A stretch of DNA of 63,796 bases, the filler included, from Polymyxa betae A26-41 (lineage: Eukaryota; Protista; Endomyxa: Phytomyxea), in the NCBI GenBank assembly GCA_003693705.1. It is 8 parts of 8 records of this genome, joined end to end, with 100 filler letters (N's around TTAATTAATTAA, not from the genome) between each part and the next. Parts side by side here need not be neighbours in the genome. Positions count along the whole stretch, not along the records: positions 43,888 to 53,841 come from RBZT01000231.1; positions 53,942 to 56,570 come from RBZT01000058.1; positions 56,671 to 60,779 come from RBZT01000141.1; positions 60,880 to 63,796 come from RBZT01000518.1; 4 more parts are not named here. One strand, 5' to 3'. Below are positions 50,601-62,106 of the stretch, in pieces (within the stretch, counting starts at the first letter, position 1; each line of letters begins with the position of its first letter). The notes beneath the pieces are model-generated. The model made no database searches and had not been told where the DNA came from. It saw only the letters and a list, made by a program, of their open reading frames with translations. Position numbers and translations under genes: made by a program.

Positions 50601-53208
50601 GGTCGGTAACGTTTAATGCCTGTCCGTCGGTCATGGTAACGTTTCTTCTCAGCCCGACTTGCGTCCTCAAATCTGCAAGAGCCATCGCAAAATGGTTTGG
50701 ATGCTCCATTTTTTTTGCGGACTTTCGAAACGACCGTGTGTAACAGGGGCTGCAGTTGACTGCACGGACTTGGATGCGTCCGGTGAGAAACATAATCGAA
50801 GAGGGTTACAGACTTCGGAGTCAACCGGTCTGAAACGTTTCTTCATTTAACATAGTGTCTCTTCTTACAAAGTTTGGCCGTAGCATATTTCTGCCATTTT
50901 CTATGTATTGAAACCCAATCGTTATCATGTTACAACTAGCTCACCCTATATTATGTTACACCGCTGATGAATGTTACCTCGGGCTTCATTTTGTTACTGT
51001 TTTCTCGATTATAGCTTTTGCTACCGATGTCTGAAGCTTGCATTTGACTAATGGGTTTACGCTACAGTTGATATCTAAGTGACTGATGGTTAATGTTACA
51101 TATGACTGTTCATCATTTTTGACATCTTGTTTATGTTACTGATATCCAAAAACGTTCCATTCGTCGCTTCGGTTTTGTTACAAATCTCTGTCATACGATA
51201 CTTATGAGCTCTAGTTGACGTTACTGATTTGTCTCTGTTACAGATGGCCTGTGCGCTCACGATAAAATCCCCGACCCGACCATCCTCGGTCATTTCAGCA
51301 CCCAGATCCGTTGCGGCCTGCAACAGGAGATCGCCGCCCATGACCCCGACGCCGTCCTCTCTCTACGCCAGGATCTCGACCTGGTCCAGATGACGCAGTC
51401 CGCCGGCGTCATGCTGGCCCTGGTCTGCCAGGACCTGTTCCTGGCGCCGCCCCGATCGGAGCGCGACCTCGACACCGTCCTGCAGTACGGCCTGCGCAAG
51501 TTCGTCGGCGATCACCTCAAGATCTGGGAGCAGGACGAACTCCTGGAATTCCGCCTCGAACTCGTCGCGCTGCTGGACGACGTCGAACCCGTGGGCGAGT
51601 ACGACGCCGACCCGGTGCGGCAGACGATGCGCGCCCTGCACGAATTCCGTCTGATCCGGGGCGTGTTGTTGCTGACAGCCACGATGCAGAACCTGCGCCA
51701 GGTCGTGACCGCGGGCCACTACGGCATGAGGCGGTGCGTGGCGCAGTTCCGCGCCGTGACCGGATCGGAGCTGGGCGGGTTCGCGGCCGCCCTCGATCGA
51801 GTCTGGCCCCAGTCCTATCTGGAATCCATCTCGAACCGATTCGCGGCCCGACTGGGAGCGGCCCTGCAGGAAGTACTGGCCCTGGTGCCGGCGCCTCCCG
51901 ACGGGGCCGTGCCGCCACCGCCGCCCCGTGATCGCTGGCAGACGCTGGACATGTCCGACTATCTGGTCCGATTCGATGAGGATACCGTCGCGCATGTTCA
52001 CTCGTGTATTCGCGATTTCGACACGTTTTCCGGTACGACCGGCCGCCATCCGCACTTTGAGACGCAACTTTGTTTTTCGACCCGAATTCCAACCAGTTGG
52101 AATTTGTATTTTGCTTTACATTTCTCGTCCTATTCAAAATCTTTTATCGATTCTTCAAACATGGTTCTTTGTTTGTCGCAAAGTTTGACTTTTTCTTGTT
52201 TGATTTTTTGTCATTTTTTAAAAAATTTATTCATCTTTTTTCTTCCAACCCTTCTCTATCACTCTTTGCTTTTAAACATTTAGCTGGATCTTGTTATCAT
52301 TGGCTTGAAATTTGTGTTTCAGTATATTTTCACGTTCATTCATTTCTAATCTCTGTTCTTTAATATCACTTTGACGAACTTTTCTGTCTAGACTTCATCA
52401 GTCCGCAGCTCGCCTCTCTCCTAAAACCTCTTCGCAACTTAAGAACGAATCGCTTCCACCACAAGGACGCCAAAATCCGCCTGCGATGTCAAGACCAATT
52501 CCGGGCTTCTGTCCTAGAAGCCGTCGTACGGATCTGTACGACCACACAAGCGCTCACCAAGGATTGGCTTCACGGCCACCGTCAATGCTGGATGATGCTG
52601 TTTTCGTCGTTGCCGATGACTGGATGTAATCGGGGGATGGCGCATCACCGACGTCGAGTCCTCGAACAGATTCTGGATCGTCTCGTCACCATCGCCAAGG
52701 TCAATGCTATTCGTCTGATCGAGTCCGAATGCGAGAGGATCATCGAGTTCAAATACAGGCAGAGCGGAGTCGAAATCGACGCCGATCTGCTCACTTTCTT
52801 GTTCGAGGAATTTGTTATCGATCATAACAAGTTTTTTGACGAACAACACCGTAGTTCACCGGCTACAAATTGAAAGTTTCCAAAAAACTATTTCACAATC
52901 CGAACCAAATTCTGTCTTCATTTCTAATACAATACTTCTCTGAGCCCGGCGCAAATGGGTTTTGTTGCAATTCATCGAAAAGTTTTTCCAGCTCGGCTTC
53001 GTCTTCGTCAGGTAACGCAGCACCAGCGCCTGTTTCTCAAAGTTATCAGAGACCGCGTCCTTATGGCTCAATGCTTTTAATCGAACGTTTCGCCGTTCAT
53101 GGTCCCCTCGCCTTGCCAACACTCCCTACCGGTAGATCGAATACGGACGCTTTGGAAGGCCGGGGACGGGCATTGGCTTCACGTGATGAGAAGCAAAAAT
53201 TGCGTTGA
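47634..53208 (+). CDS. Large multi-exon secreted protein (candidate effector) with a 17-aa tandem repeat and basic NLS-like motif; 3' end uncertain
   Basis: Signal peptide MLLILALSAIQAAVLHA. GT-AG introns (e.g. 48816-48861, 49063-49115, 49462-49515, 49693-49749, 50038-50097, about 50783-51243, about 52033-52391) chain ORFs 48182, 48871, 49245, 49737, 50112, 51390 and 52592 in frame. Confidence 0.7.
50157..50406 (+). repeat. Coding minisatellite, 51-bp unit x about 5 (SEVPVTAPVEQHDAELM)
   Basis: Near-identical tccgaagttcccgttacggcacccgtggagcagcatgacgccgaa.tgat. units. Confidence 0.95.
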
Positions 53209-53361
53209 ATTTGACCACTCACTGCACGCACGGTCCTTGAAAAAACTACAGGCTGCTGTGATCATTTTACAAAAACGTTGGATGCACGGTCAATTGTGCC
53301 CTCTAAAAGTCCTCAGGTATTGGAGATAGTCCTGGGCTGAGTCCGCAAGTGGCAAAAAGAG

Positions 53362-53434
53362 CTCCGAAACGGGGAATTGAACCCCGGTCCCACCCGTGAC
53401 AGGGGCGAATACTAAACCACTATACTATTTCGGA
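53362..53434 (-). tRNA. tRNA-Asp(GTC)
   Basis: TCCGAAA/TTTCGGA acceptor stem, anticodon arm CGCCC-CTGTCAC-GGGTG, GGTTCAATTCC T-loop, discriminator G, downstream T5 terminator. Confidence 0.95.
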
Positions 53435-54142
53435 AGATTTCATATTGATTGTGATGACGCCGACTCTATTATTCTGATGCGGACTCTCTGAAAACACATC
53501 TTCAAATGTCATATGGCCTTTCCCCCATCGCAATTAAGCACAACGCTTTGACAGTAAGTGTCTCTTTCGATGCGCGAAACCTCGAGGGGCATCATACTTG
53601 GCGCCTGTTTGGGGTCGGGGGGCGGCCCGCACACCTCCAGGCTCGGGAATCTGGGAGAGAGAAACGAACAAGGTGCCACTTCGTCTCCAGACGGGCTTGG
53701 ACAGCGACGATGCCGAAGGAGCCTCTGGCGGCCTCGTTCGTCGTACTGGCCCATGCCAACGCCGAAAACCATCTCGCGCTTCCGTGATGTCCTGTCCGGA
53801 GATCCCTGAGCTTGTCCGAACTATTAGAGACCGAGCTGAGCNNNNNNNNNNNNNNNNNNNNNNNNNNNNNNNNNNNNNNNNNNNNTTAATTAATTAANNN
53901 NNNNNNNNNNNNNNNNNNNNNNNNNNNNNNNNNNNNNNNNNACGTGGATTATTGAGGTTTTTATATGGGGGATGGGGCAGAAAAAAAAAAGGGTCCTCAA
54001 ACGGTACGAGTGAATACGCTGCTTTTATAATACGAAGAGCGATCTTGGTTTGTATATAAATTGACTCAAGTGATTGCCTTTTGGTAATTGTCAAATGCAG
54101 GTCCATGTCTAAAAACACATGACGATCAGTTAAAGCAGGCTT

Positions 54143-54930
54143 TTGAAGCAGAGCCTCCTTCAAGGCTGGAAGAGTTCTTATCAAAATGCATTTCTTCGAT
54201 TGCTGCAATCATATAAACGTCGTGGTACTGATCGTTTGACGATGCAAGTTCAACCTGATGTTAACGATCCGGCATATATTGAACGTCACAAAAGGATTGA
54301 CGAAATCAAAGATCAACAGGTTGTGCTTGTCGATCAGATGCAAGAGCTTGGTGAACAAGGTGATGATTTCTATTGTGGTCGAAACGTTGCTGTTGACGTT
54401 GTCTTAGGGAAAGTTGAGGAAGCTTGTGGCGTGCTTGGGCTCTATGATGACCTTGAAGGAAAGATTCGTGAGATAGAAGGGGAGACTGACGCTGGAGTCA
54501 AGTTTATCACAGATCATGAGACGAAAATGGGTACGACATCTGATTGTTTATCTCTAGTCGACCCCCTTGATTTTGCTCCAGGAGTCTGTGATATTTGTGG
54601 AGCTTTCCTCGTACAGAATGAAGCTGAATCTCGTATTCAGTCACACTTAAATGGAAAACAACATTGGGATTCTCCATGATTCGTGAGAAGATCGAGGAGC
54701 TTAAGAAGGAACTGGAGGAGCGGGCAGCTTCAGCTCCCGAGCCACAAAACCATGATCGGTCTCGACAACGATCGCGAAGCCCGAGGCCAAATCGCAGGTC
54801 TATGAAAAACTCTGATTATCGACGTCGCAGTCGTAGTCCAGTTCGACGATCTCCTCGTCGGTCATCTGGAGGCCAACACTACGAATCATCTCGGCGTCGT
54901 AGCAGTGAACGCGATCGATATCGTCGTTAG
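54143..54930 (+). CDS. LUC7: LUC7-like U1 snRNP protein, 3' portion; introns 54360-54407 and 54531-54581; apparent 1-nt frameshift near 54664
   Basis: ELGEQGKVEEA, zinc finger VCDICGAFL...RIQSHLNGKQH(L)GF..IREKIEEL, and an RS-rich tail. The 5' part is missing or lost at the gap. Confidence 0.85.
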
Positions 54931-56677
54931 ATTACCCATTATATTTATAGAACATTACACTGTTGTATAAACCCAATCCAACACAAAACACAGTTTAAAA
55001 GCCAGGATACAACTAATATGTTGGATTTAGGCATTTGAGTATGAATTTAATGCTGATGCGCATTCTATAGTGTTATCAAGATCTGATTCTGTACAAGCGT
55101 TATGATCATTAGTGTTCATGATTGACTTTCTGGTAGACCAGATTCAACATGGCATTAAAACGACGAACTCTTCCTCTGTCGCTATTTAAGAAATCGGTTC
55201 GTTCTGACCCATCAGTATCAGATACAGCAAGTTAACATTCACGGCCGAATCCTAAACGGAAGAGATGCTCTGAACCTGCCACTACAACTAAATCTAGCTA
55301 TAGTCTGCCGTCAAAAAAGAAGAATTCCAACATCAGAATGCTGTCTCTGTATCTGTATCAGCTCCCTCGCAGACCATACAACAAGATCCAACTAATCTAA
55401 TTTTTTCATCTGAATCTGGAAGTCTCGAGTTTAAAAGGAGTTGGAAGCAATACTTTTTTCCCTGCTGCCTCAGTGGACAGCAGAACTACAAATGAAAGGC
55501 TTAGAACCACTCCCATATTTGTGAGTTTTCCTGTGAAAATGAATTCTGGGAATGATGAACACTCCAGTAATGCTGCTAGTAATCAACAAGATCAAGAATT
55601 TCGCGATTTTGAATTAATCAAACTCGATTCAAATCTCAAAAGAGAGTTACATAGAGATATGAACGACGTTGCAGATCTATCTCCATCTTCTGTGGATGTA
55701 TTTGATAGTGTCGACATCCTTCCTGAATTATCATCTTTACAAGCTCGACAACGCCGTATGGCATTGACCAAACTGGCTCCAGGTTCAAGATCCGTTGATG
55801 AGCCTGTGATCTGCTCAGACTCGGAACCGTCGACTGTTGACGATTAGGAAACGGTTTCTACAGGACATTCCCCTGGTTTAATGCAGCGCTCTAATTCCGA
55901 CCAGGCCTTGTTTTTAGAAGGAATTTCTTTAAACATTCAAACATTGACTACATCCTCGTTTCGGCCAAAATTGAGTATGGTTCACGTAATCGATATTCTA
56001 CATCAGTTTTAAAGCATTGTACTTAGGTGATGCTGTCCCAGTCCCAAAGAATTTGAAGATGAACTCCAGGGGACATGGGATGAATTAATCTGGTTGTGAA
56101 GATATCCTTTTGGGTACCGTAATTCAATAAAACGCCCATGAGTATTCAAGAAAAACAGATTTTTCTAGGCAGTTCATGGCCTCATCAGGTGCATGCCATT
56201 GAGAATCAACAAACTGCTCTATATGTACCGTAATCGATGGGCGAACCTGAAAACATTGCCAGATATTCTGTTAGTAGCAAATTGCAAAAAATAGGCAGAA
56301 TCGGTTTCGGTCACATTCACGCCTCAAGGCAAACACATCATGGCGTTGTAGTATGGCTGATGGCTCCTTGGAGTGCTCCTGTTGCGGCCTTTCATTGGCT
56401 TATGCAGAGCCCTGGATTTGATTATGGTGGACGATGGAGGCTAATGCGTGTTTCATAAATAGAAGCAGGGAGATACCATGCGGTAGCGGAGGATTGAGCC
56501 CAGGGTCCTGTTAAGAGCCTTTCCATGATAGGGATGGCTCACTCTAAGTAGGTAACGTAAAAGCTGCGGTNNNNNNNNNNNNNNNNNNNNNNNNNNNNNN
56601 NNNNNNNNNNNNNNTTAATTAATTAANNNNNNNNNNNNNNNNNNNNNNNNNNNNNNNNNNNNNNNNNNNNTTTTGAC

Positions 56678-57019
56678 TGTAATGCCAGCCGTCTTTGACT
56701 CTGTCCAAGTCGTCGTCGACCCTGTCCAAGTCGCCTGGTCCACTGTCGACTCCTCGAGTGGCCTGCAGCCAGTCAGCGTCCTATTTAATCGCCTGATCTC
56801 GTCCTATATAAATCATTCTTCAATCTGATTGCTTCTGTTCACATCTTGTTCGCCTGCAAAGTAGCTAGTTCCCTTCGTCCCCTTCAGCTAGCCTCAGTCA
56901 CTCCCCTTACACAGCGATCCTCCATCCCTCGTCATTCCGATTACCTCTTTCTCCAACACATATCTCTCTTAGCCTGAGCGTCACCCTCCTGACAATGACC
57001 CTACACTCGCTTCGTAACA
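56678..57019 (+). mobile_element. Stacked LTR remnants: TGTAA...TTACA unit 56678-56911 followed by further LTR 3' ends
   Basis: TG...CA unit with TATATAAA and a pyrimidine-rich tail. 56930-56949 matches the reverse complement of 22492-22511 (solo LTR) at 19/20. Further ends at ...CCTGACA (56994) and ...CGTAACA (57019). Confidence 0.5.
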
Positions 57020-58033
57020 CCTTATATCAGCGACATTGTTCCAGCCCGGCAACAATTTTCTCCTGGTGATAATGCTGTTAACCAGGCACCCGAATCGAAT
57101 TAGGTCTCGAGGATGAGATCGGTGAGCTCAAACGCAAGCTTGCCGACGCCGAGGCGAAGCTGAAGCGTGCTGAGGATGCTAATAATGAGAATTTGATTGG
57201 CGTGTATGGTGGCATGGTCGCCTCCATCCATAACGATCTTGCGTCACTTCGCAAACAGGCACCAGGTAAATTCGGCAGTATTGTGTTTTCTCCAACCACA
57301 ACCCACTATTCCTCAAACTGATAACACAAAACAAAAATACTGAAAACAATGTAGGACTACAACCCCCCTCCAAAGATCCAACGTAATGAAACCAATTACG
57401 CTGCAGCCATCATTAAGAGTAATAGCACGAACTCAGATGAGCGCAGGATCAAGATCCTTTAGAGCGTATCGCTGTATATGCTTCAAATGCTCCATTTTTA
57501 ACAAGCTAACAATTGAAGATACCTGCTATAACGGCGACAAAAGAACTTTTACAATTCGATCGCTAAGACCTGGTTAGACTATGCTATTCTTATAGTCACC
57601 ACAGGACAGTATTAAATCCTTAAAGAAGCTGAGGAAACATTCAGCAAATCGGAACATGTCATACCACACCCAGCTGAGAAAGGAGCCTGGGACCGACAGA
57701 TCACTCTCTTGGGAAAACTGCAACAGATTATCAACTCGGACACTGTATGGAATCAAGGCGAAATTTTCTTAGGAACAATTACAGAATGCCTCGATGATTT
57801 CAGCCAGGTGTACGACACTCAGGATTCGAAATTATTTAACCGGCATGATATAGCACTGTTTGAATGCCCTCTAAAAGGCAAGAATTCCAGAATGCCGTAA
57901 AACAGATCGCGCGATCTCCTATTAAGCCTCATCGTCATCCTTTAAACGGTTCAGGCCGTCAGGTCTCCAAAGTCAGGACCGACCCCGCCTCCAGCCGGCG
58001 ACCCATTCATCAACGTACCAACAGCATCACCGG

Positions 58034-58330
58034 TGTCATGACCTTGTCCCGACTTCGATTCACGATACAGAAAATATCTTCTGTGACTGTTTACATTTAT
58101 ATCTTTTCACTTGATACAGCTTTGCCTATATCGGACTGAAGGCCCTGAACAGCCTTCAGTCCGATCAACGTGCGTTTTTCCTAAACTCGTTCGTCTCGTC
58201 TCGTCTCCTAGCATCCTATTCGTCTGACCTCCTACTTTTCTCTTAACTCTCTCCTTTAATTCTCTCCTATCTTCTCTTTATTCCTTATCTATCTCTTTAT
58301 TCTTTAGCTAGCGTGTGTTAGTTCATAACA
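58034..58330 (+). mobile_element. Solo LTR, 297 bp
   Basis: TG...CA ends and a perfect TSD ACCGG (58029-58033/58331-58335); internal 14-bp inverted repeat 58130-58143/58152-58165. Confidence 0.85.
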
Positions 58331-58335
58331 ACCGG

Positions 58336-59045
58336 TCCCAACCACAGACCCGCCAACAAGCCTCCAACATCATCAACATCCGTCTCAACGGTGGCGGAGT
58401 TGGTCTGCACCTCAACAGCTGGGGAACAATCGAGGATCTCACCATGGGAGATGTTTGCGAGTTCTTTCCTGAAGCGTTGCACTTGGGCGTTGTGAGAGCC
58501 AAATTCATGCACTTGATCCACAATTTCAAAATTGTCGATGAAAAGGGGAGGATTGAGCAACTCATCTCCGTTGCCGTGTTCCTATGCTCGGTCCCAAATT
58601 TGCAGTTAAACGGCGCCTACAACAGAATATCTGACCTTGCTTCCTACGTGTACGGATCGCTCTGGCCAAAACCTCTTCTAAATAACGTAGATCCCGCAGC
58701 CAAACCGATTATATATCGATTTTGTTGTAGCCCAGGAAGACGACGCCGCTGCATCGAGGATGTTCCCTTGGGTTTTCATCCATCCCATGATGGTACAAAG
58801 GAGATGCCAGTTTCGTCAGCAACGCGGCTCTCAGCATTGTTGCGGCCACGTTTTTTGTCTTTCAGGAGTCCGTCTTCTTCATACTCACGAACTTTTTCGA
58901 TGATGTCAGCTTTCTTTTTGTAATCAAATCTGGCACGATGACGAGCGTTATAGTAGGGGGTATCAAAATTTGATTTTGTGCGCTCCCGGAGAATCGATTC
59001 TTCCACGAGATTCAGTAAATTTTTCGATTCTCCCGAGAGAATCAC
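58336..59045 (-). pseudogene. Degraded transposase-like fragments (HTH-like N-terminus)
   Basis: RHRARFDYKKKADIIEKVREY...RVADETGIS resembles a transposase HTH; the downstream part is broken by stops. Confidence 0.3.
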
Positions 59046-59133
59046 GGAGATAAAATAGCGTGATCGATTTTCGGGATTAATCTGGTCATGATGTGTCTAT
59101 GTGTATGTCTCGAATATATCAACCATTTCTGCT

Positions 59134-60591
59134 ATGAGCGCAACTGTTATCGAAGCTGCCGCTTCGCAGCCACGTGCTATGGCTGCTAAAGCGCCTCGTA
59201 AAGTCGTTACGACTACCGAACATGAAGATGGTAACGACAGACGTCGTCACACCAGTATGAAGGAATTTTTAGCAATGGTTACATTTATCGAGAAGCCCGA
59301 AAATTTCGCTTTATTAGAAGATAAAGCGGCAAAGAATAAGTCAGTAGTTTCTGGTCAGAAATTGACCAAAATGTCTGGATACAAGTTGCTAGCCGAGTTC
59401 GTTAATACCGTTAGCGAAGAACAGCATCGAAAATGGACGCCACAACTTGCGAAAAGTCGTTATACTAGTTATAGGGACAAGAAGTACAAAGTTGTTAAGA
59501 AAATTTCGGCACCAGGTTCAACTGGATACGGTATTACTGAAGAAGATCGTCGTAAGTGTGAGGACTGGGACAGGGCGAGGAAGAATAAGTGAAGGCTACG
59601 AAGAAGCAGGCGAACAAGAGTTATAAGAATCGAATAGATTCGAGAATGATTGTATTTCGATAAACAGAGAAAGCAAAGGNNNNNNNNNNNNNNNGAAGTA
59701 GTGAATCATGACAGTAACAACATTACTACCATAGCTGAAAAGCTGGAGAGATTTTGTCCTTTTTACGAACGAATGGACGCTGTTTTAGGCAGCCGACAAA
59801 ATGTCACACTTGCTTGTGTTGTGGAAGCCGGCGTTCCGCCGAACTTTTTCCCACAGTTTCCATCTGTTATTAACAGTGATCACGACGACGACGACGACGG
59901 AAGTGACAAAGATGACGACAATAGTGACGATGATAACGATGAAATTGGTGGACAAAAAGATGAATGTAACCGAGACGACAATGAAGTTGTTGATGATGAG
60001 ACTGGTAATCCGAATGGTACTGTGGCCGAGGTCGAGATCGATAGCCAACCAACCAAAGAAAATGACGGTAATGATTTGGACTTGCTTGATGCCGCAATCA
60101 ATGACGATTCAGTGTCGTTCTGGAATCGATATGCGGTTTCCGAAGAAAATCGTTTGTTAACTGACGGGTGGCCTGATGACCAAACTCAGACGGACGGAAC
60201 TCCCTGCGCTTCACAGGCCGCCAAGGATAAACCTTCATCGAAACGATCGCAAACAAAAAATAAGCGCAAGAGCGCTGCGAAGACAGAGATGAATGCAACA
60301 CGGCTGAGTTTCCCCTCGGAGCCGACCCCGCAGATTAAGAAGGGTAAAACAGTCTTTACAACGGCATGGATCGAGATGCAGAGTCAACATCTTGCTTTGG
60401 AACAGGAAAGATCACGGCGAGATCTGGAGTTTCAGCAACGACAGGAAGAGCTCAACGCTGTGAAACTGAAAGAGGATCACCGGTTGGCCACTCAGATAGC
60501 CAAAGGCAACTTTACTGCTGATCTCATGAAAAGCGGTCGTAGTGTGACCGAAATTAAGGAAATGACGAGCATGGTTTTTTCTGACAATTAA
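59134..60591 (+). pseudogene. Harbinger ORF2-like (Myb/SANT-type DNA-binding) gene interrupted by a solo LTR
   Basis: KLLAEFVN...WTPQLAKSRY..Y...YK...GYGITEEDRR|NNITTIAEKLERFCPFYERMDAVLGSRQNV is rejoined on LTR removal; acidic middle and coiled-coil end. The convergent minus-strand ORF end at 60675-60779 (DWRRSIQQKVLQYW) could be the transposase tail. Confidence 0.65.
59557..59713 (-). mobile_element. Solo LTR (internal gap), family of 18072-18290
   Basis: TGTGAGGACTGGGACAGGGCGAGG...GAAGTAGTGAATCATGACA; TSD GTAAG/GTAAC. Confidence 0.88.
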
Positions 60592-60964
60592 CCACGACTG
60601 TTTCGTATATATAAACATCATCACAGATACCTTTAAATCATCTGCGTCTTATGCCCATATCTATATTGGATATGTTAAACAAAATCCCAGTACTGCAGTA
60701 CTTTCTGTTGAATAGATCGTCTCCAATCCGAGATTGTTCCATTGCTGTGCGTTCCGAAATGAGAGTCATCATTCATAACNNNNNNNNNNNNNNNNNNNNN
60801 NNNNNNNNNNNNNNNNNNNNNNNTTAATTAATTAANNNNNNNNNNNNNNNNNNNNNNNNNNNNNNNNNNNNNNNNNNNNGCACAATCTGCAGAACTTCTA
60901 TCCGACGATTCCCGACACTGTCGCTGCTAGCGAATCTCCCGACGCTGAATCGGATGAAACGAAC

Positions 60965-61690
60965 ATGTTACCTGTAACATTAACAGAGTCGGAGGCTGCT
61001 CATCGTTCTCTGGAACGGATTCTGCAGCAGATCGTGATGCGCACTCGGCATTACGTTACGATTAGACTACCCCATCAACTCCGGCTGATTGCTGTCAAGC
61101 TACAAGCCCTCATGGAACGTATCAAGCAACGTTTCATCGTAACCGGTGAATTATTTCGTTACATCGGCTCGGCGATTGCCTCTGCCTGCCCTATTCTCCA
61201 CCCAGTTGGGGCCTTCCTGCTGCAGGCTTTCGACGGCCTGCTTTACGTTACCGATCGGATCCGATTCCGTCCCATCCATCTGCATTTACATCTCTGGCAC
61301 GGCGTCGTACTGCCCATGTACTCGGCCGCCCTCCGTGTCGGACACCGGATCGGTCCTACAGCGGCATTCATCCTCCGTCGTCTTCCATTAGCCATCATTG
61401 ACGGTCTAATTTGGCTGGTGATTGGGATCACTTTTCTGTTCTTTGGTATATTGACGCTGTTTCTGTATCCTGCGATCTCACTGTGCGGGCTCATCGTTCG
61501 ATTTGTTGTGAATCCTTTCCTTGATTTCTGTATGTATATCCGGTATCGTCTGAGCCGCATTGGTCATGATAGTTTCTTGGCGCTCCGTCGCCTAGGATCC
61601 TTTCTATGGCGCGTCCTGACCTTTCTCGGCAATTTGATCACACTATTGGCCATTATTGTGCCATGGTACTTCATTGGTCCTTCTCTATAG
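60965..61690 (+). CDS. Hypothetical hydrophobic/amphipathic membrane protein (may start upstream in the gap)
   Basis: 241-aa ORF with several hydrophobic stretches; no family recognised. Confidence 0.5.
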   Translation: MLPVTLTESEAAHRSLERILQQIVMRTRHYVTIRLPHQLRLIAVKLQALMERIKQRFIVTGELFRYIGSAIASACPILHPVGAFLLQAFDGLLYVTDRIRFRPIHLHLHLWHGVVLPMYSAALRVGHRIGPTAAFILRRLPLAIIDGLIWLVIGITFLFFGILTLFLYPAISLCGLIVRFVVNPFLDFCMYIRYRLSRIGHDSFLALRRLGSFLWRVLTFLGNLITLLAIIVPWYFIGPSL

Positions 61691-62106
61691 TTTTCGGTTT
61701 CCTGTTGCATTGATCTCAATGATCAGTTTTGTCTGGGTCGTACCGGTCCCGGCACCGACCCTCAGCCCTATTTCTCAGCATCCAAATATGTTCTCAAAAG
61801 ACGCACTTTAAATTTTACTAAATCGATTGATCATAATTATGATCCAGTTATCAACGCTCTTGTTTATAGTCGAAAAGGCGCATGTGCGATCAAAAGCAAC
61901 TCTCTTCATCTGTGATCAGGACAATCCAGATATCATAAATGTAAGCTCTCCTTGCGGTTCCCAACTGACGCAATGCGCTCTGTTCCGAGAGACCTGTCTC
62001 GCTTGTTCAAAGATGTCTAGTGAATGTGAACCCCGGATTTGGAACACAAAAGGTGTTCCTCCCAACGAGAAAAGGATTTCGTATTCTTCGACCTCTTGGA
62101 TCGGCT

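Noticed and set aside
51363-52137. Long minus-strand ORFs overlapping the GC-rich exon
   Set aside because: Antisense shadows caused by high GC3 in the plus-strand exon.
58130-58165. 14-bp hairpin containing CTGAAG, considered as a hammerhead ribozyme or terminator
   Set aside because: It lacks the CUGANGA...GAAA core; it is an internal LTR palindrome.
16184-60835. Seven identical TTAATTAATTAA palindromes that could look like a dispersed repeat or recombination site
   Set aside because: Each sits in the centre of a 100-bp N block; it is an artificial six-frame-stop contig linker.
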